In this document: positions 29,032 through 40,411 of the stretch, piece by piece | How the letters are laid out: each line of letters begins with the position of its first letter | How positions within the stretch are numbered: the stretch's first letter is position 1 | Assembly: GCA_963674595.2 (NCBI GenBank) | Contig: CAXXFV010000029.1 | Location: 1-64,000, forward strand | Direction of reading: 5' to 3' | DNA from: a bacterium | GTDB taxonomy: Bacteria; Zhuqueibacterota; Zhuqueibacteria; Residuimicrobiales; Krinioviventaceae | DNA length: 64,000 nt | The notes under the pieces: model-generated | Database searches by the model: none | The model's input: the letters and a program-made list of their open reading frames with translations, nothing else | What the model was told of the DNA's origin: nothing | Program-made: the position numbers and the translations under genes

Positions 29032-31236
29032 ATGCAAGAAATATTAATAGAAGAATTGGCATATTGGCTTAAAAAAGCTAAAGAAAACGGCCAACCGCAG
29101 CCTATTTTCTTTCTCGGTGCAGGCGCGTCAAAGTCAGGAAATATTCCTTTGGCCGACGAAATCACATCAGACTTTCTATCTGAACATCCTGATCACCCCC
29201 TTGTCAAAAAACTTGATAAAAAAGATATGTCCTATTCCAAATTGATGGCATGTCTTCAACCTTATCAGAGAAACCAGCTATTGAAAAAACTAGTCGATAA
29301 AGCAAAAATCAATGTAACGCATATATATTTAGCCAAGCTTCTCAAGCGCGGCTATGTTGACTATGTGCTGACCGTGAACTTTGATAATTTAATGCTGCGG
29401 GCGCTGTCACTGTTTAATATATTTCCACCCACCTATGATATGGCAATATTTAATGACCTGACAACAACTACGTTTAATGAAAAATCAGTCGTTTATCTGC
29501 ATGGTCAGCACCACGGAGTATGGCTGCTGAATACCAAAGAAGAAATGGACAAGGTAAAAGCAACAGTGCCGAGAATTTTTGATACGATAAAAAGTAAAAG
29601 GCCCTGGATTTTTATCGGCTATAGCGGTTCAGACCCGATTTTTAATTATGTTAAAGATCTGGGCAGGTTTGATAACGGGCTTTATTGGGTCGGATATGGT
29701 GACAATCCCCCGGCCAAAAACGTTATTGAATTTCTTAAAACGCCGAACACAAATGCATTTTACATCAGGGGATATGATGCAGACGCCTTTATGCTGAAAC
29801 TCAATGAATCTTTAGACCCTTATCAGCCGGAAATTCTGGACAAACCCTTTACCTGTTTACAAACCATGCTGAATGAGGTTAATGACATTAACAATGAAGA
29901 CCATTTCAAAGGCGTTAAAGAACGGCTGGAAATGGCAAAAAGGGATGTTGACAAAGCAATAAGACAATTTGAGAACAAGGAAATGGTACCTGTGGATGAG
30001 GAAGAATTAAAGATTGAAAAGTTGAAAAAACAGATCATAGATTTATTAATATCCGAAAAATATAATGAACAACAAATCACGTCAATTGCAGAACAGGTCA
30101 GGAATATTAATAATCCGGATACGGACAACTTGATGGCCGACCTCTTCAACAACTGGGGAAATTTTTTAGGTGACCGTGCAAAAGCAGAAAAAGGCAAAGA
30201 AGCAGAGGACCTGTACCAACAGGCATTTGAAAAATACCGCAAAGCCATTGAGGTTAAACCAGACAAAGATGAAGCATTCTACAACTGGGGAACAGATTTA
30301 GGAAGCCTTGCAGAGACCAAACAAGGCCAGGAAGCAGAGGACCTGTACCGGCAGGCATTTGAAAAATTCCAAAAAGCAATTGAGATAAAACCAGACAAAC
30401 ACCAAACCTTCAACAACTGGGGAATATATTTAGGAAATCTTGCACAGACCAAACAAGGCAAGGAAGCAGAGGACCTGTACCAACAGGCATTTGAAAAATA
30501 CCAAAAGGCCGTTGAGATAAAACCAGACAAACTCGAAGCATTCAACAACTGGGGAAATTCTTTAGGAAACCTCGCAGAAACAAAAGAAGGCGCAGAAGCA
30601 GAGGACCTGTATCAACAGGCATTTGAAAAATACCAAAAAGCCATTGAAATAAAACCGGATTATCAACAAGCATTTAACAACTGGGGAACATTTTTAGGAA
30701 AATTTGCACATACCAAACAAGGCAAAGCAGCAGAGGACCTGTACCGGCAGGCTTTTGAAAAATTCCGCAAAGCCATCGAAATAAAACCGGATGATCACTT
30801 GGCATTCTACAACTGGGGAAATTCTTTAGGAAACCTTGCAAATACCAAACAAGGCCAGGAAGCAGAGGACCTGTACCGGCAGGCTTTTGAAAAATACCAA
30901 AAGGCCGTTGAGATAAAACCAGACGATCACCAGGCATTCTACAGCTGGGGAACATATTTAGGAGACCTTGCAAAGACCAAAGAAGGAAAAGAAGCAGAGG
31001 ACCTGTACCGGCAGGCTTTTGAAAAATTCAGCAAAGCCATTGAGTACGGAGGGCGGCATTATAACCTTGCCTGTTTATATGCCATTAAGGGAGAAAAGGA
31101 AAAAGCGTTACACCACCTGGAAATCAGTTTAAAGGACAAGGAAATTACGGCTGATTATGTGCTTAATGATGATGATTGGCAGAGCTTGAAAGAAGATGAA
31201 CAATTCAAAATATTGATTAAAAAATACAAGGTTTGA
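29032..31236 (+). CDS. SIR2-like domain + TPR-repeat protein (candidate NADase defence)
   Basis: FFLGAGASKSGNIP, LTVNFDNL, YLHG, FIGYSG; seven 44-aa repeats; terminal YNLACLYA repeat. Confidence 0.85.
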   Translation: MQEILIEELAYWLKKAKENGQPQPIFFLGAGASKSGNIPLADEITSDFLSEHPDHPLVKKLDKKDMSYSKLMACLQPYQRNQLLKKLVDKAKINVTHIYLAKLLKRGYVDYVLTVNFDNLMLRALSLFNIFPPTYDMAIFNDLTTTTFNEKSVVYLHGQHHGVWLLNTKEEMDKVKATVPRIFDTIKSKRPWIFIGYSGSDPIFNYVKDLGRFDNGLYWVGYGDNPPAKNVIEFLKTPNTNAFYIRGYDADAFMLKLNESLDPYQPEILDKPFTCLQTMLNEVNDINNEDHFKGVKERLEMAKRDVDKAIRQFENKEMVPVDEEELKIEKLKKQIIDLLISEKYNEQQITSIAEQVRNINNPDTDNLMADLFNNWGNFLGDRAKAEKGKEAEDLYQQAFEKYRKAIEVKPDKDEAFYNWGTDLGSLAETKQGQEAEDLYRQAFEKFQKAIEIKPDKHQTFNNWGIYLGNLAQTKQGKEAEDLYQQAFEKYQKAVEIKPDKLEAFNNWGNSLGNLAETKEGAEAEDLYQQAFEKYQKAIEIKPDYQQAFNNWGTFLGKFAHTKQGKAAEDLYRQAFEKFRKAIEIKPDDHLAFYNWGNSLGNLANTKQGQEAEDLYRQAFEKYQKAVEIKPDDHQAFYSWGTYLGDLAKTKEGKEAEDLYRQAFEKFSKAIEYGGRHYNLACLYAIKGEKEKALHHLEISLKDKEITADYVLNDDDWQSLKEDEQFKILIKKYKV
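30145..31045 (+). repeat. Seven 132-bp coding tandem repeats (TPR)
   Basis: A(A/G)CTGGGGAA at 30151, 30283, 30415, 30547, 30679, 30811, 30943. Confidence 0.9.
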
Positions 31237-31387
31237 TCGTTCAGAGGTTCCTGCCTCTGAACGCAAAAGAGTAAAGGCTGTGCCTTATTAAATGATGACG
31301 TTAAACCAAAAATCTAGGATACGGAGGGCCAGGCCCCTGGACGATAAAATTATTTCACCAGTAAAATTAAAATAAAGGATAATCCCA

Positions 31388-31972
31388 ATGAACATGACTG
31401 ATGGTTTGATGGAAGATTACAAGAGTTTGAAAGAAGAGTTGCTATCTATTTACAACACAAGGATTTGGGGCACATTGGCATATATCGTAATCACCGGCGG
31501 TATTCTGGCAATTAAAAATATAAAACCTGATGGAATTGAATATCTTTTGCTGATATATCTGGCTATTCCGCTTATGATACATTCCATACATCGTGAAAGA
31601 GCACGGATAAGAATTGCCAATTACATCAAATGTGTTATTGAAAAAAAGATACCCGGTCTATGCTGGGAAAATTTCCTAGTAAAATGGAGAGAGCGTGTCA
31701 TAAATAAGCGATTGGATTTATATTTACACATAACAAGCATACTGGGCATTTACCTTGTCATTGTGACAATAAATCTATTGATTTTACTACTAAACTATCA
31801 TAAAAATCGGATTATTATAGTTTTTGCTACAACGGGTGTTCTTGTGTGTTACTGGTTGGTTAGTTATATGTTTTGTTTATTCAAGAAAGATAATAAGTGC
31901 CAGGCAGAATATTTAGGTTATTTTGAAGAATTTGAAAAAACAAAATCCAGCTCAAATAAAAAAGTCAAATGA
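31388..31972 (+). CDS. Four-TM hypothetical protein
   Basis: DYKSLKEEL ... RIANYI ... WE pattern with TM pairs. Confidence 0.65.
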   Translation: MNMTDGLMEDYKSLKEELLSIYNTRIWGTLAYIVITGGILAIKNIKPDGIEYLLLIYLAIPLMIHSIHRERARIRIANYIKCVIEKKIPGLCWENFLVKWRERVINKRLDLYLHITSILGIYLVIVTINLLILLLNYHKNRIIIVFATTGVLVCYWLVSYMFCLFKKDNKCQAEYLGYFEEFEKTKSSSNKKVK

Positions 31973-32030
31973 CATCGGTTACACTGTTGCATAATAAAAA
32001 ACGGCACAGGAGCTAACATACTCTTAATTT

Positions 32031-32390
32031 TTGATCGTCAAGAGGTTCCGGCTTCCTGGCACAGAAAAGATTTTGGAAAAATGTTCTATTCAATATTTTG
32101 CAATTGGGATGCAATCCCGGTTTCATTGGTTCCGCAGGAGATTGCAAATCCCCTGCGAGCGGAGAAAATTTAAGAACATCTATCTCCACATACCAAATCC
32201 CGAAGGGATGACATTATTATAGACGCGCAATAACCAACGGATTCAATCCCGAAGGGATGACATATTTGATCGTCAAGAGGTTCCGGCCTCCTGGCGTAGT
32301 AACGATTTTGGAAAAATGTTCTATTCAATATTTTGCAATTGGGATGCAATCCCGGTTTCATTGGTTCCGCAGGGGATTGCAAATTCCCAA
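32031..32390. repeat. REP cluster with ~235-bp period duplication
   Basis: TTGATCGTCAAGAGGTTCCGGC...GGTTCCGCAGG repeated at 32031 and 32266. Confidence 0.8.
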
Positions 32391-32447
32391 CAAGGCGGAA
32401 GAATCGAAAAGTAAAAGAGCTTGTAATATGGAGGCGTAAATTCTGAT

Positions 32448-32906
32448 ATGGTAAACAATTCTTTAAACTGGGAAAAATTTTGTCCGTTGTGTATTCACTT
32501 TGATACGAATATGGGTGTGTGTTCACGGATTCATGAAAACATTCACCTAAATCCGGCCAAGTTTGAAAAAAAATGCAGCGGTAAATTTTTCGAATTTGAC
32601 CAAACAAAAAAAACTGAAAAAAGTAAAAAAGGAAAAGTGAGTGAGGAATTAGAGCCGGATGAAACAGACGAAATAGACGAAACAGACGAAAGCATGGAAA
32701 TTATCGAGGATGAAAAAGGCGGATTTTATAATTCAAAATTTGCCAAACCATTCGGCATTTTTATGATAATCGCCACCATCGGATTAAGTATATACAGTCT
32801 AAAACATTACGGTTTTGAAATTCACAACATCCGCAATATAGCTATTTTTGTGTTTTTATGTATTGCTGTCGTTCAAAGAATTTTTAAAAACGATAAAAAC
32901 AAATAA
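32448..32906 (+). CDS. Hypothetical protein with Cys cluster and 2 C-terminal TMs
   Basis: CPLC...C...C; GGAGG RBS. Confidence 0.65.
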   Translation: MVNNSLNWEKFCPLCIHFDTNMGVCSRIHENIHLNPAKFEKKCSGKFFEFDQTKKTEKSKKGKVSEELEPDETDEIDETDESMEIIEDEKGGFYNSKFAKPFGIFMIIATIGLSIYSLKHYGFEIHNIRNIAIFVFLCIAVVQRIFKNDKNK

Positions 32907-32966
32907 CAACCTGTTCAGTACGGTATCGCAGGATGACTCTAAAATAACAACCAGAGTATAAAAATA

Positions 32967-33491
32967 ATGAAAAAATCTATTCTCATCATATCATTCCTGT
33001 TTACTGTTTCGCTGCTTTACGGGCAGGAAATAAATTTATCTGACGAGTTTTTCCATCAACTGGGATACCGCATCACCAAATCAGATACTGAAAAAACAGC
33101 ATGGGAAGAACGCGAATTCAAGTTGCTTAACAAACGGGCCATCTCCATAAAAAGCATCAACCAGGTAAAAGGCTGGGCAAACACCTGGTATCGTTATATC
33201 ATCCAAATCGAATCATTTCCCACAACGGCCCGCGCCGAACAACGGCTCAACAGGATACTGGACCTTCCCCCGGACAGTCCGCTGCATGAGGACAAATCAT
33301 TTCCATTAAGAGAAGGATTTGTGTATAAAACATATACGGTCATTCTTTCCACAGATGTGTACAAATTTTATCTTGACCCGGAGTTTAAACGAATTTTTAA
33401 ACATGTTCAACATAAAATTAAAAAAACAGAAACATCGCTTGATATAAGAGAAAAATCCAATAAACAGGAGCTAAAAGATGAAAGCAATTAA
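32967..33491 (+). CDS. Secreted hypothetical protein
   Basis: Signal peptide. Confidence 0.65.
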   Translation: MKKSILIISFLFTVSLLYGQEINLSDEFFHQLGYRITKSDTEKTAWEEREFKLLNKRAISIKSINQVKGWANTWYRYIIQIESFPTTARAEQRLNRILDLPPDSPLHEDKSFPLREGFVYKTYTVILSTDVYKFYLDPEFKRIFKHVQHKIKKTETSLDIREKSNKQELKDESN

Positions 33492-35466
33492 ACTTGTTTT
33501 TGTTTGTTTGCTGATTTTTTGCAGCCGGCCTGCAAACAGCCAATCCGCATTTTCTGCGTTTCAAGAAAGCTATAAAGAAGCTGAGCAGCAACAGAAATAT
33601 CACAAATATCAGTTGTCCCAAAAAACAATAAAACCTCAAAAATATTATAAAGGTCCCGAGGTTAACATCACCATACAACTTCCTAAAGACTGGATTTCAA
33701 GTGCATGGATAGATAATCCGGGTGATAGTGAGCCAAATTTTTGGGTGTATGCTGGTGATCCCTCGGAAGAACAAATTATTTACATGTATGGCAAAACCGT
33801 TGAGGACCCCAATGTTGCAGAAAATTTCCATATTAAAGAATTCATCGAATATGGTTATGGAGGAATGGATGCAACGGAATGGAACGACAGAACCATGTAC
33901 TATACGGTAGGCCATCCAACCGACAACATAACCACAGTATCCCTTGAATGCGACATCCGGATGAGTGATAAAAAGGCCCGGCTCTCAATTACCAGCTACA
34001 GGGACGATAATTTTGTGGTGATGTATTGTGCCGCCGCATTGCCAAAGAAATTCAAAAAATCACAGGACATGTTGAACACCATTTTAAATAGCATCACCAT
34101 ATCAGGATGGGCCGGGATTGGCTCGCTGGCCCCGAAAGACAGCGATCCGAAAAAGCTGGCATTTTCCAGGCCCAGGGATGAGGTTAAACTAAACAGGACG
34201 TCGGTTACAAAAAACAAACGTTCCCTTCCGTCAGCTAAAAAATCAACAACACAGGCAGGCAGAACATCGGCACATGTTTCGCTTAAAAAAATCCAGCAGT
34301 CCGGGTCATCATTTATTCTGCAATCGACAGGGTCAGCGCCGTCCAATGCCGTTGCAGCCGGTGCGGCAGCCATCCGGTCCGCTGCTGAATATTTTGACGC
34401 ATCCCCCAAAATAGACGGCGGCATCGGCGCCAACAACAATAAAGAAGCCCAGTTATTCTTTACAGCCCGGAAAAACGGCGTTACCTATAAGGGATTGGCT
34501 GTTTCAGGCAAAACCAATAATCAAACAGGACAAACCGTAACCCTGTTTTGCGACAAGGCCGCACATTTTCAACAATCCCTTCCGGATATGTTAAACGACC
34601 ACGGCAGCCGTGGCGCATCAACATCACAAAGCCGCAAACAATTGCGGCCGGAAGACCTGCAATGGCAATGGCACCAATGCGGGTCCGGACGCGTTAAAAT
34701 GCCCCAGGGCTGGAAAATAACATTATCCGACGGAGGCATGGTCGGCGGTTCAGGTCCCCAGGGCGGATTTACATTTGGTTTTAATTTCCAGGTACGTTAT
34801 CACGGCATGTTTGATGCGATGGTGGCCAATGACAGAAATTCTGTTCTCGAAAACTATCAACCGCCCCTCCCTGCCCTGGTCCATGTTTATCCAAGAATCG
34901 TTGCCGCCAAGCTCCATTTTGCGGGTCTTGAGGCCCCCCGTATAAATATCAAGGTCCTCGATCATCGAAAGATTGCTGCCCCCCAGGGACAGGAGGCAGA
35001 ATATATTCTTTGCCGGTCAACAATAAACGGAAAAAAAGATGACAATTTTGCCCTGGTTGTTACGTCTCCTGCCGGCGGGACCGGTATGTGGCTTTACTAT
35101 CAATCCTCTGTTTCAGCGCCGGTAGGACAGTTGGAAACCAACCTGCCTGTTTTGATGGAAATATGGGCCTCCTGGGAAACGAATCCGCAGATTTTTCGGC
35201 AAAGGATCAATCAGGCGCTGCGTGATATGAATATCGCCACGGAAACAATGCAGGAAACAATTGCAGCCCGTAACAAAAGTATTTACAACATGTCGCTAAA
35301 ATGGGATGAATATATTCGTGGCGTCGGGCATTTGTTAAATACCGATACCGGCGATGTGTTTGAACTCGATTTATACAAACTAGAGAGCTACAGAGATAAT
35401 TTAAACGATGCGGCAGGTTACCAGCTTTTTCGGGTCTTTGAACCATCAGAGATGTATGAATATTAG
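33478..35466 (+). CDS. Large secreted hypothetical protein
   Basis: Signal peptide, 662-aa ORF overlapping the upstream stop. Confidence 0.75.
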   Translation: MKAIKLVFVCLLIFCSRPANSQSAFSAFQESYKEAEQQQKYHKYQLSQKTIKPQKYYKGPEVNITIQLPKDWISSAWIDNPGDSEPNFWVYAGDPSEEQIIYMYGKTVEDPNVAENFHIKEFIEYGYGGMDATEWNDRTMYYTVGHPTDNITTVSLECDIRMSDKKARLSITSYRDDNFVVMYCAAALPKKFKKSQDMLNTILNSITISGWAGIGSLAPKDSDPKKLAFSRPRDEVKLNRTSVTKNKRSLPSAKKSTTQAGRTSAHVSLKKIQQSGSSFILQSTGSAPSNAVAAGAAAIRSAAEYFDASPKIDGGIGANNNKEAQLFFTARKNGVTYKGLAVSGKTNNQTGQTVTLFCDKAAHFQQSLPDMLNDHGSRGASTSQSRKQLRPEDLQWQWHQCGSGRVKMPQGWKITLSDGGMVGGSGPQGGFTFGFNFQVRYHGMFDAMVANDRNSVLENYQPPLPALVHVYPRIVAAKLHFAGLEAPRINIKVLDHRKIAAPQGQEAEYILCRSTINGKKDDNFALVVTSPAGGTGMWLYYQSSVSAPVGQLETNLPVLMEIWASWETNPQIFRQRINQALRDMNIATETMQETIAARNKSIYNMSLKWDEYIRGVGHLLNTDTGDVFELDLYKLESYRDNLNDAAGYQLFRVFEPSEMYEY

Positions 35467-35694
35467 GTATGGTACAATTAACAAGGCCCGGGATTCGTTA
35501 CTCCGCGTTTTGAGAATGTTTCCCGGGACGCACGTAGGCAGAGATAATTTTAACGTTATGGAAAAGGAATTTCAAGAGGATCAAACCAGGCAGGGATTAA
35601 AAACTTTACACCCCTGCCCTGCTGCACTTTTAATCCACAACCACAGACAACACATTTTGTGCGGGAAAAATGTGCTAAATTCTTTAAAAACCAC

Positions 35695-35915
35695 TTGCAC
35701 TAATGAGCCAAAATTTGTAACATTATTTTATCAGTTCTAAAGGATTGTTTGAAGGACAATTGGGTCACACGTGGGAAAAGGTTCAGGTCCTTTAGCTGAT
35801 TTACCACACATACAAACGGGCTTTATACACACACGAGGAATAGATTGCGTCGGTCACAAAATCACATTCCTTTTGTTTCACATTCACAATTTTTGGGTTG
35901 GGTGACGTGCGTTCG
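35695..35915 (+). ncRNA. Promoter + structured RNA element, copy 4
   Basis: TTGCAC-17-TAACAT, ATCAG at 35730, TAAAGGAT/GTCCTTTA stem, GGAAT/ATTCC, TTTTTGGGTTGGGTG. Confidence 0.75.
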
Positions 35916-36213
35916 GACGATGATAAATCCGCTCGTTTTGGGACTGTTTTCTGGGACGTAAGTAGACAGAGATAATTTTAGCGTCATGGAAAAGGAATTG
36001 AAAGACAATCAAACCAAGCAGGAGTTAAAAATGTAAAATCCCTAAATATAAGGTCGGATTGTACAATCGCACATTCGTAAAGACGCACGGCCTCTCTACC
36101 ACGACGGCAACCGCTCTCAGAACCGGCAAACGAGAAACAAGACACAGTTATTATAATTATGAGCATGGAAATATTTTAAGCTGCAAAATACAAAACAAAA
36201 ACAGGAGGTATAA

Positions 36214-36402
36214 ATGTCGAGACGTTATTTTTGTCATAAATGTAACCCCAAGCGTGACATTACTGAATTAGTAAATAAAAAATTAAACGCTAATATGTCA
36301 GTGATGAGAAATATTACTATCTCTGACGAGGATGATTACGACGAAATAATTGTTACATGCCCGGAAGGTCATAAAAATCTTTTTAAAATACCAAATTATT
36401 AG
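36214..36402 (+). CDS. Small putative Zn-binding protein
   Basis: AGGAGG RBS; CHKC ... CPEGH. Confidence 0.65.
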   Translation: MSRRYFCHKCNPKRDITELVNKKLNANMSVMRNITISDEDDYDEIIVTCPEGHKNLFKIPNY

Positions 36403-36410
36403 GGTGAAAC

Positions 36411-37166
36411 ATGAATGAAAATGAAATTATTGAAGAGATTACAGGTGAAAATGTATCTGAAGAGCTGGAAAAGGAGGTACAAACTTATCAATCTATTTTA
36501 AGTTACGAAGCAAGTATAAAGAAAATAGACGAATTTACGAAATGGATTTTCAGTGCATCAAGTATTGTCGCGGCATTAGGCGCCGGTTTTTCATCTGTTT
36601 ATTTTAACAATTTAGAAGGTATTAGTATATTATTATTTGGAATCAGCATTTTACTTATCACCTTTGTTCTATCCCTATCTGCATTTGCCTATGCTCCCAT
36701 AATCTTTACTTACAATCCAAATAAAATAAACATTTTAAAATATATTATAGAAAAATATTTAATTCGAAGAAGAGGTCTTCAAATTCGAATAGCCGGGATA
36801 TTATTTGCCCTGGCAATATTATTGGCCGGGTTGTCACCGTTAATTACCAAAGTTTTATATAATAAAAGTTCATTGAATGTGAATTACGAATACCTGAATA
36901 ATAGCAAAGTTAAGATATCATTTTCCGGTCAAAAGTTAAAACCAAACTCACAGCTAGCAATAAATATGTTTATTGTAAAAAACAAAAAATCCGTCAAAAT
37001 TGCTTCACTTAACAGTACCATTGCCGTCGGCGGTCATTATGAAAAAGAACTTTTATTTAATAAAATGGATGACCTGTTATCGTCAGATACTTTAAATATT
37101 GACTGCACGCTTTTATATAATAATTCTATTAAAAGCGATACGACCTATTCATTATATCTGAAATAA
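36411..37166 (+). CDS. Membrane protein (3 TM + C-terminal domain)
   Basis: 8 bp after the Zn-protein gene; hydrophobic segments. Confidence 0.7.
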   Translation: MNENEIIEEITGENVSEELEKEVQTYQSILSYEASIKKIDEFTKWIFSASSIVAALGAGFSSVYFNNLEGISILLFGISILLITFVLSLSAFAYAPIIFTYNPNKINILKYIIEKYLIRRRGLQIRIAGILFALAILLAGLSPLITKVLYNKSSLNVNYEYLNNSKVKISFSGQKLKPNSQLAINMFIVKNKKSVKIASLNSTIAVGGHYEKELLFNKMDDLLSSDTLNIDCTLLYNNSIKSDTTYSLYLK

Positions 37167-37304
37167 CAGAAATAAAGCAGTTGCGCAACAAGGCAATCAT
37201 ACCGGAAAATGAACCGTGTTTGCTGAGAATATAACTAAATCCAGGAGTCAGTATGTTCAAGCTCTTTTTCGGCTTATTACAATCGTTATAATTGGAACCA
37301 TGCC

Positions 37305-38515
37305 ATGAAGTTTAAATTCAAAAATCCGTTTTCTATTTTAATAATACTCTTTTTTTCATTTTTTGCTCAAGCCCAGGATTCTAAAGAGTTTAATAAATTA
37401 TACTATAAAATAACGGCGAATCCGGTTTATAATGTCAAGAAGGAAATGACTCGACAGCCATACACCAAATCTATGAATACATGAACCACGTTAAGAAATT
37501 TTTAGAAACAGAACACAAGCTTAACGGCACAGGCCAATTTCAGTTTGCCGGGAACGAATCAAACAGCAATGACCTGCTCAAGCTTAATGTTGGGTTGACC
37601 ATCGATTATGGTATATACCCCTATGAATTTGATTTTTCCAGCAAAACAAATGCTGTGCTTACAAATGGTGAGTTTCAGGAAAATGTATCCGACATTGATG
37701 TTTCATTCGATTTACACCCCTTTCACCTGCCTGATACAAGTATAAGTGATGACCATGCCGGACTAGGGTTTGAAAATTATGTGTTTCTCAAAAGGCTTAA
37801 TGACGATTTTTTAGGGATCAACCAACGTTATGAAATCGGCACCGGTTTTATTTATAACATTTATACCGGAGGATTGACGGAAACAGGCGAAAAGCATAAA
37901 AAGGACCTGGACAAAGTATCCACAATTAAAAACCAGGATTTGATAAAATTTCTTGAAACATGTACCGATGCTAAAAATAAACTTGGCTTGTCGACAGAGG
38001 AATGTGGAACGCTCAGAAAAATGGAAAATGTAATTAAAAGAACAAACAAGAAACAATACTCCAAAGTAAGGGCCGCCCTGCTGTTGGGACTTTACTATGA
38101 GATCGACGACGCAAAAGCCTATAACACCATCAGGTTCAACAATGTTGATACATTAATGACACAATCATTTGAAACAACAAACAAATTAAAAGTTTCAATA
38201 AGGCCCACATTTGCCTGGAAACCGTCAGACAAATATTCCTTTTATTGCCGGTCATATTTTAAATTTCCTTTCAAAATCACAGATAAAATTTCAGCAGGCA
38301 ATTTAATGAGTGAAAAGAAGGATATTTTTATTGATTTAAAAGCATCCCTGAATATGAAAGTCGACCAGGATTTTACAATTGGTCTGGAATACAGACTGCT
38401 TTATGATTGTGCACCCAAAAGAATATATTTATTCGAAACAAACGGCCATCCGGTATTGCTGACCGGACAAAATCATCACAGTACCTTCGGACTGGTATTA
38501 AAATATAATTTTTAG
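37305..38515 (+). pseudogene. Frameshifted outer-membrane beta-barrel-like protein
   Basis: Signal-peptide ORF MKFKFKNPFSILIILFFSFFAQA from 37305 stops at 37484; the other frame is open from ~37433 into 37481..38515, which ends LKYNF (C-terminal Phe). Confidence 0.6.
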
Positions 38516-39001
38516 ATGATGATATGGCGTGGATTTACAAGTTTTAAACCGCCCCAAGGGTCCGCAGGCCGGCCAGGAATTCATAATTCGATATGCAGGG
38601 CGCTGTTTACCTGCGCCCTGCTTTCTGACGGATCCCGGAACGATCAATTATTCAAATGAAACCCGATAGAACAACGCTTTTCACACACCACACACACTGA
38701 CACTCACTTTCCTCTAACCTCTTTTAGAATCCGCTTATGACATAGAACAATTCAGAAACTACCTGGTCATAAAAATTTGGATACATTCATGATCAACAAA
38801 CACTCACCAAATACAGGCGGCATGGGCATTCGCAGCCCAATGCCGTCATTGAAAAAGTTGACTCGTTATATTATCAAACCCGTTCAATGCCATGTTGTTT
38901 TATACTTGTTTCGCGCATAAAAATCAAGACTCATTACCTGATTCATAAAAAATTTAATAACGAATTCAAGACATGTAATTTTGACAAAGGAGGCGTTAAA
39001 A

Positions 39002-40411
39002 ATGAAAAAAAGAATCACATTTTTATCAGTCCTTGTTATTTTCAGTATTATTGTTTTTTTCATTCAGTGTGGCAGCTCATCGCATTTAGAGTGGGTACGC
39101 ACTTTTGGCAGCACAAAGCCCGACGCCCCATACGGTTTAGTTGCAGATAGATCGGGAGCGTATATTACCGGCTCTTATTATATTATTGAAACCGTAGATA
39201 GTTCTACTCAATGTTTAGCTTTGATGAAATACAATCCCGATGGAATTCTGGAATGGGTGGATACATATAAAAATGGTTATGCACAATCACGTCCGATATT
39301 ATACCAAAGTGGAAAAGTGAAACATATTTATCTTATGGGAATAACAAAAGCCGTAGGAGATAGTAATGACTATTTAACACAAAAATACAGGGACAATGAT
39401 GGGCTCGCATGGAGCAATGTTTACACTTACTTTGATACTATAAGAGTTGATACGACGAGAATTGATACCGTTTATATAGATAAGGATGATAATCCGCATG
39501 GACTGGCTGTAGATTCTGATGCAAATGTGTATATAACCGGGTCAAGTTATAACGACGATACGGATGAAATTCTTACAATTAAATATGATAAAAACGGCAA
39601 TGAATTATGGAAAAAGAGATACCCGGATGATGAATCTGCCAAAGCAAATGGAAGTTCAGTCGCTGTTTTGGATAATTTTGTTTATGTATTTGGAAGCATA
39701 GGTGACCCGTCGGATTTTATCACACTTAAATATGACGCTCTGGAAGGTGATTTGCTGCAAAAACATATCTTTGATAATGGTAATGGATATAGAGATGATT
39801 CTAAATCCATGGCTTTTGATAGTGATAAAAATTTGTATATAACCGGCACGGCCTGGAATGATGAAGTAGATTTATCTTTAAACAGGGACATTATAACCGC
39901 TAAATATCAAAATGGGGATTTGTCAGTTCCACCAACCATTACGAGATATAATTATGAGGATGCCGACCGGTTAGATGAAGGAATGCAAATCATAACAAAA
40001 GCAGGATTCATTTATGTGTTAGGTATCAGTTGTGGTTCGACAACAGAATCGGATATCGTATTAATAAAATATGATCCTGATTTAACGGAAGTTAAAAATG
40101 TTCGTTATAATAACACACCTGTTAATAAAGCAGATTGGGCCTATAGATTTACTATGGATGATTATGGAAATTTATATCTGGCAGGGTCCAGCCAGAGTAT
40201 TGATGATAAATTCGATATAATAACGCTAAAGTATGATGCCGATCTTGAGTTACAATGGCTCCAAAGGTATGACAGCGGCGGTATTAACGATATTGGTCTG
40301 GATATAGCCCTATCAAATATTATAACCAATCATAATGATATTTATGTGATTGGCCGGAGCGTTTCAGAATTAAATGATGCCGATCATGTGCTGCTCAAAT
40401 ACAGTGAATAA
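39002..40411 (+). CDS. SBBP-type beta-propeller repeat protein
   Basis: Repeated LAVDSDANVYITG / DIITLKYD..G...W motifs; AAGGAGG RBS. Confidence 0.8.
   Translation: MKKRITFLSVLVIFSIIVFFIQCGSSSHLEWVRTFGSTKPDAPYGLVADRSGAYITGSYYIIETVDSSTQCLALMKYNPDGILEWVDTYKNGYAQSRPILYQSGKVKHIYLMGITKAVGDSNDYLTQKYRDNDGLAWSNVYTYFDTIRVDTTRIDTVYIDKDDNPHGLAVDSDANVYITGSSYNDDTDEILTIKYDKNGNELWKKRYPDDESAKANGSSVAVLDNFVYVFGSIGDPSDFITLKYDALEGDLLQKHIFDNGNGYRDDSKSMAFDSDKNLYITGTAWNDEVDLSLNRDIITAKYQNGDLSVPPTITRYNYEDADRLDEGMQIITKAGFIYVLGISCGSTTESDIVLIKYDPDLTEVKNVRYNNTPVNKADWAYRFTMDDYGNLYLAGSSQSIDDKFDIITLKYDADLELQWLQRYDSGGINDIGLDIALSNIITNHNDIYVIGRSVSELNDADHVLLKYSE

Noticed and set aside
30145-31045. DGR template/variable repeat pair
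   Set aside because: The repeats are in-frame TPR units, differences are not adenine-specific by eye, and no reverse transcriptase is present.
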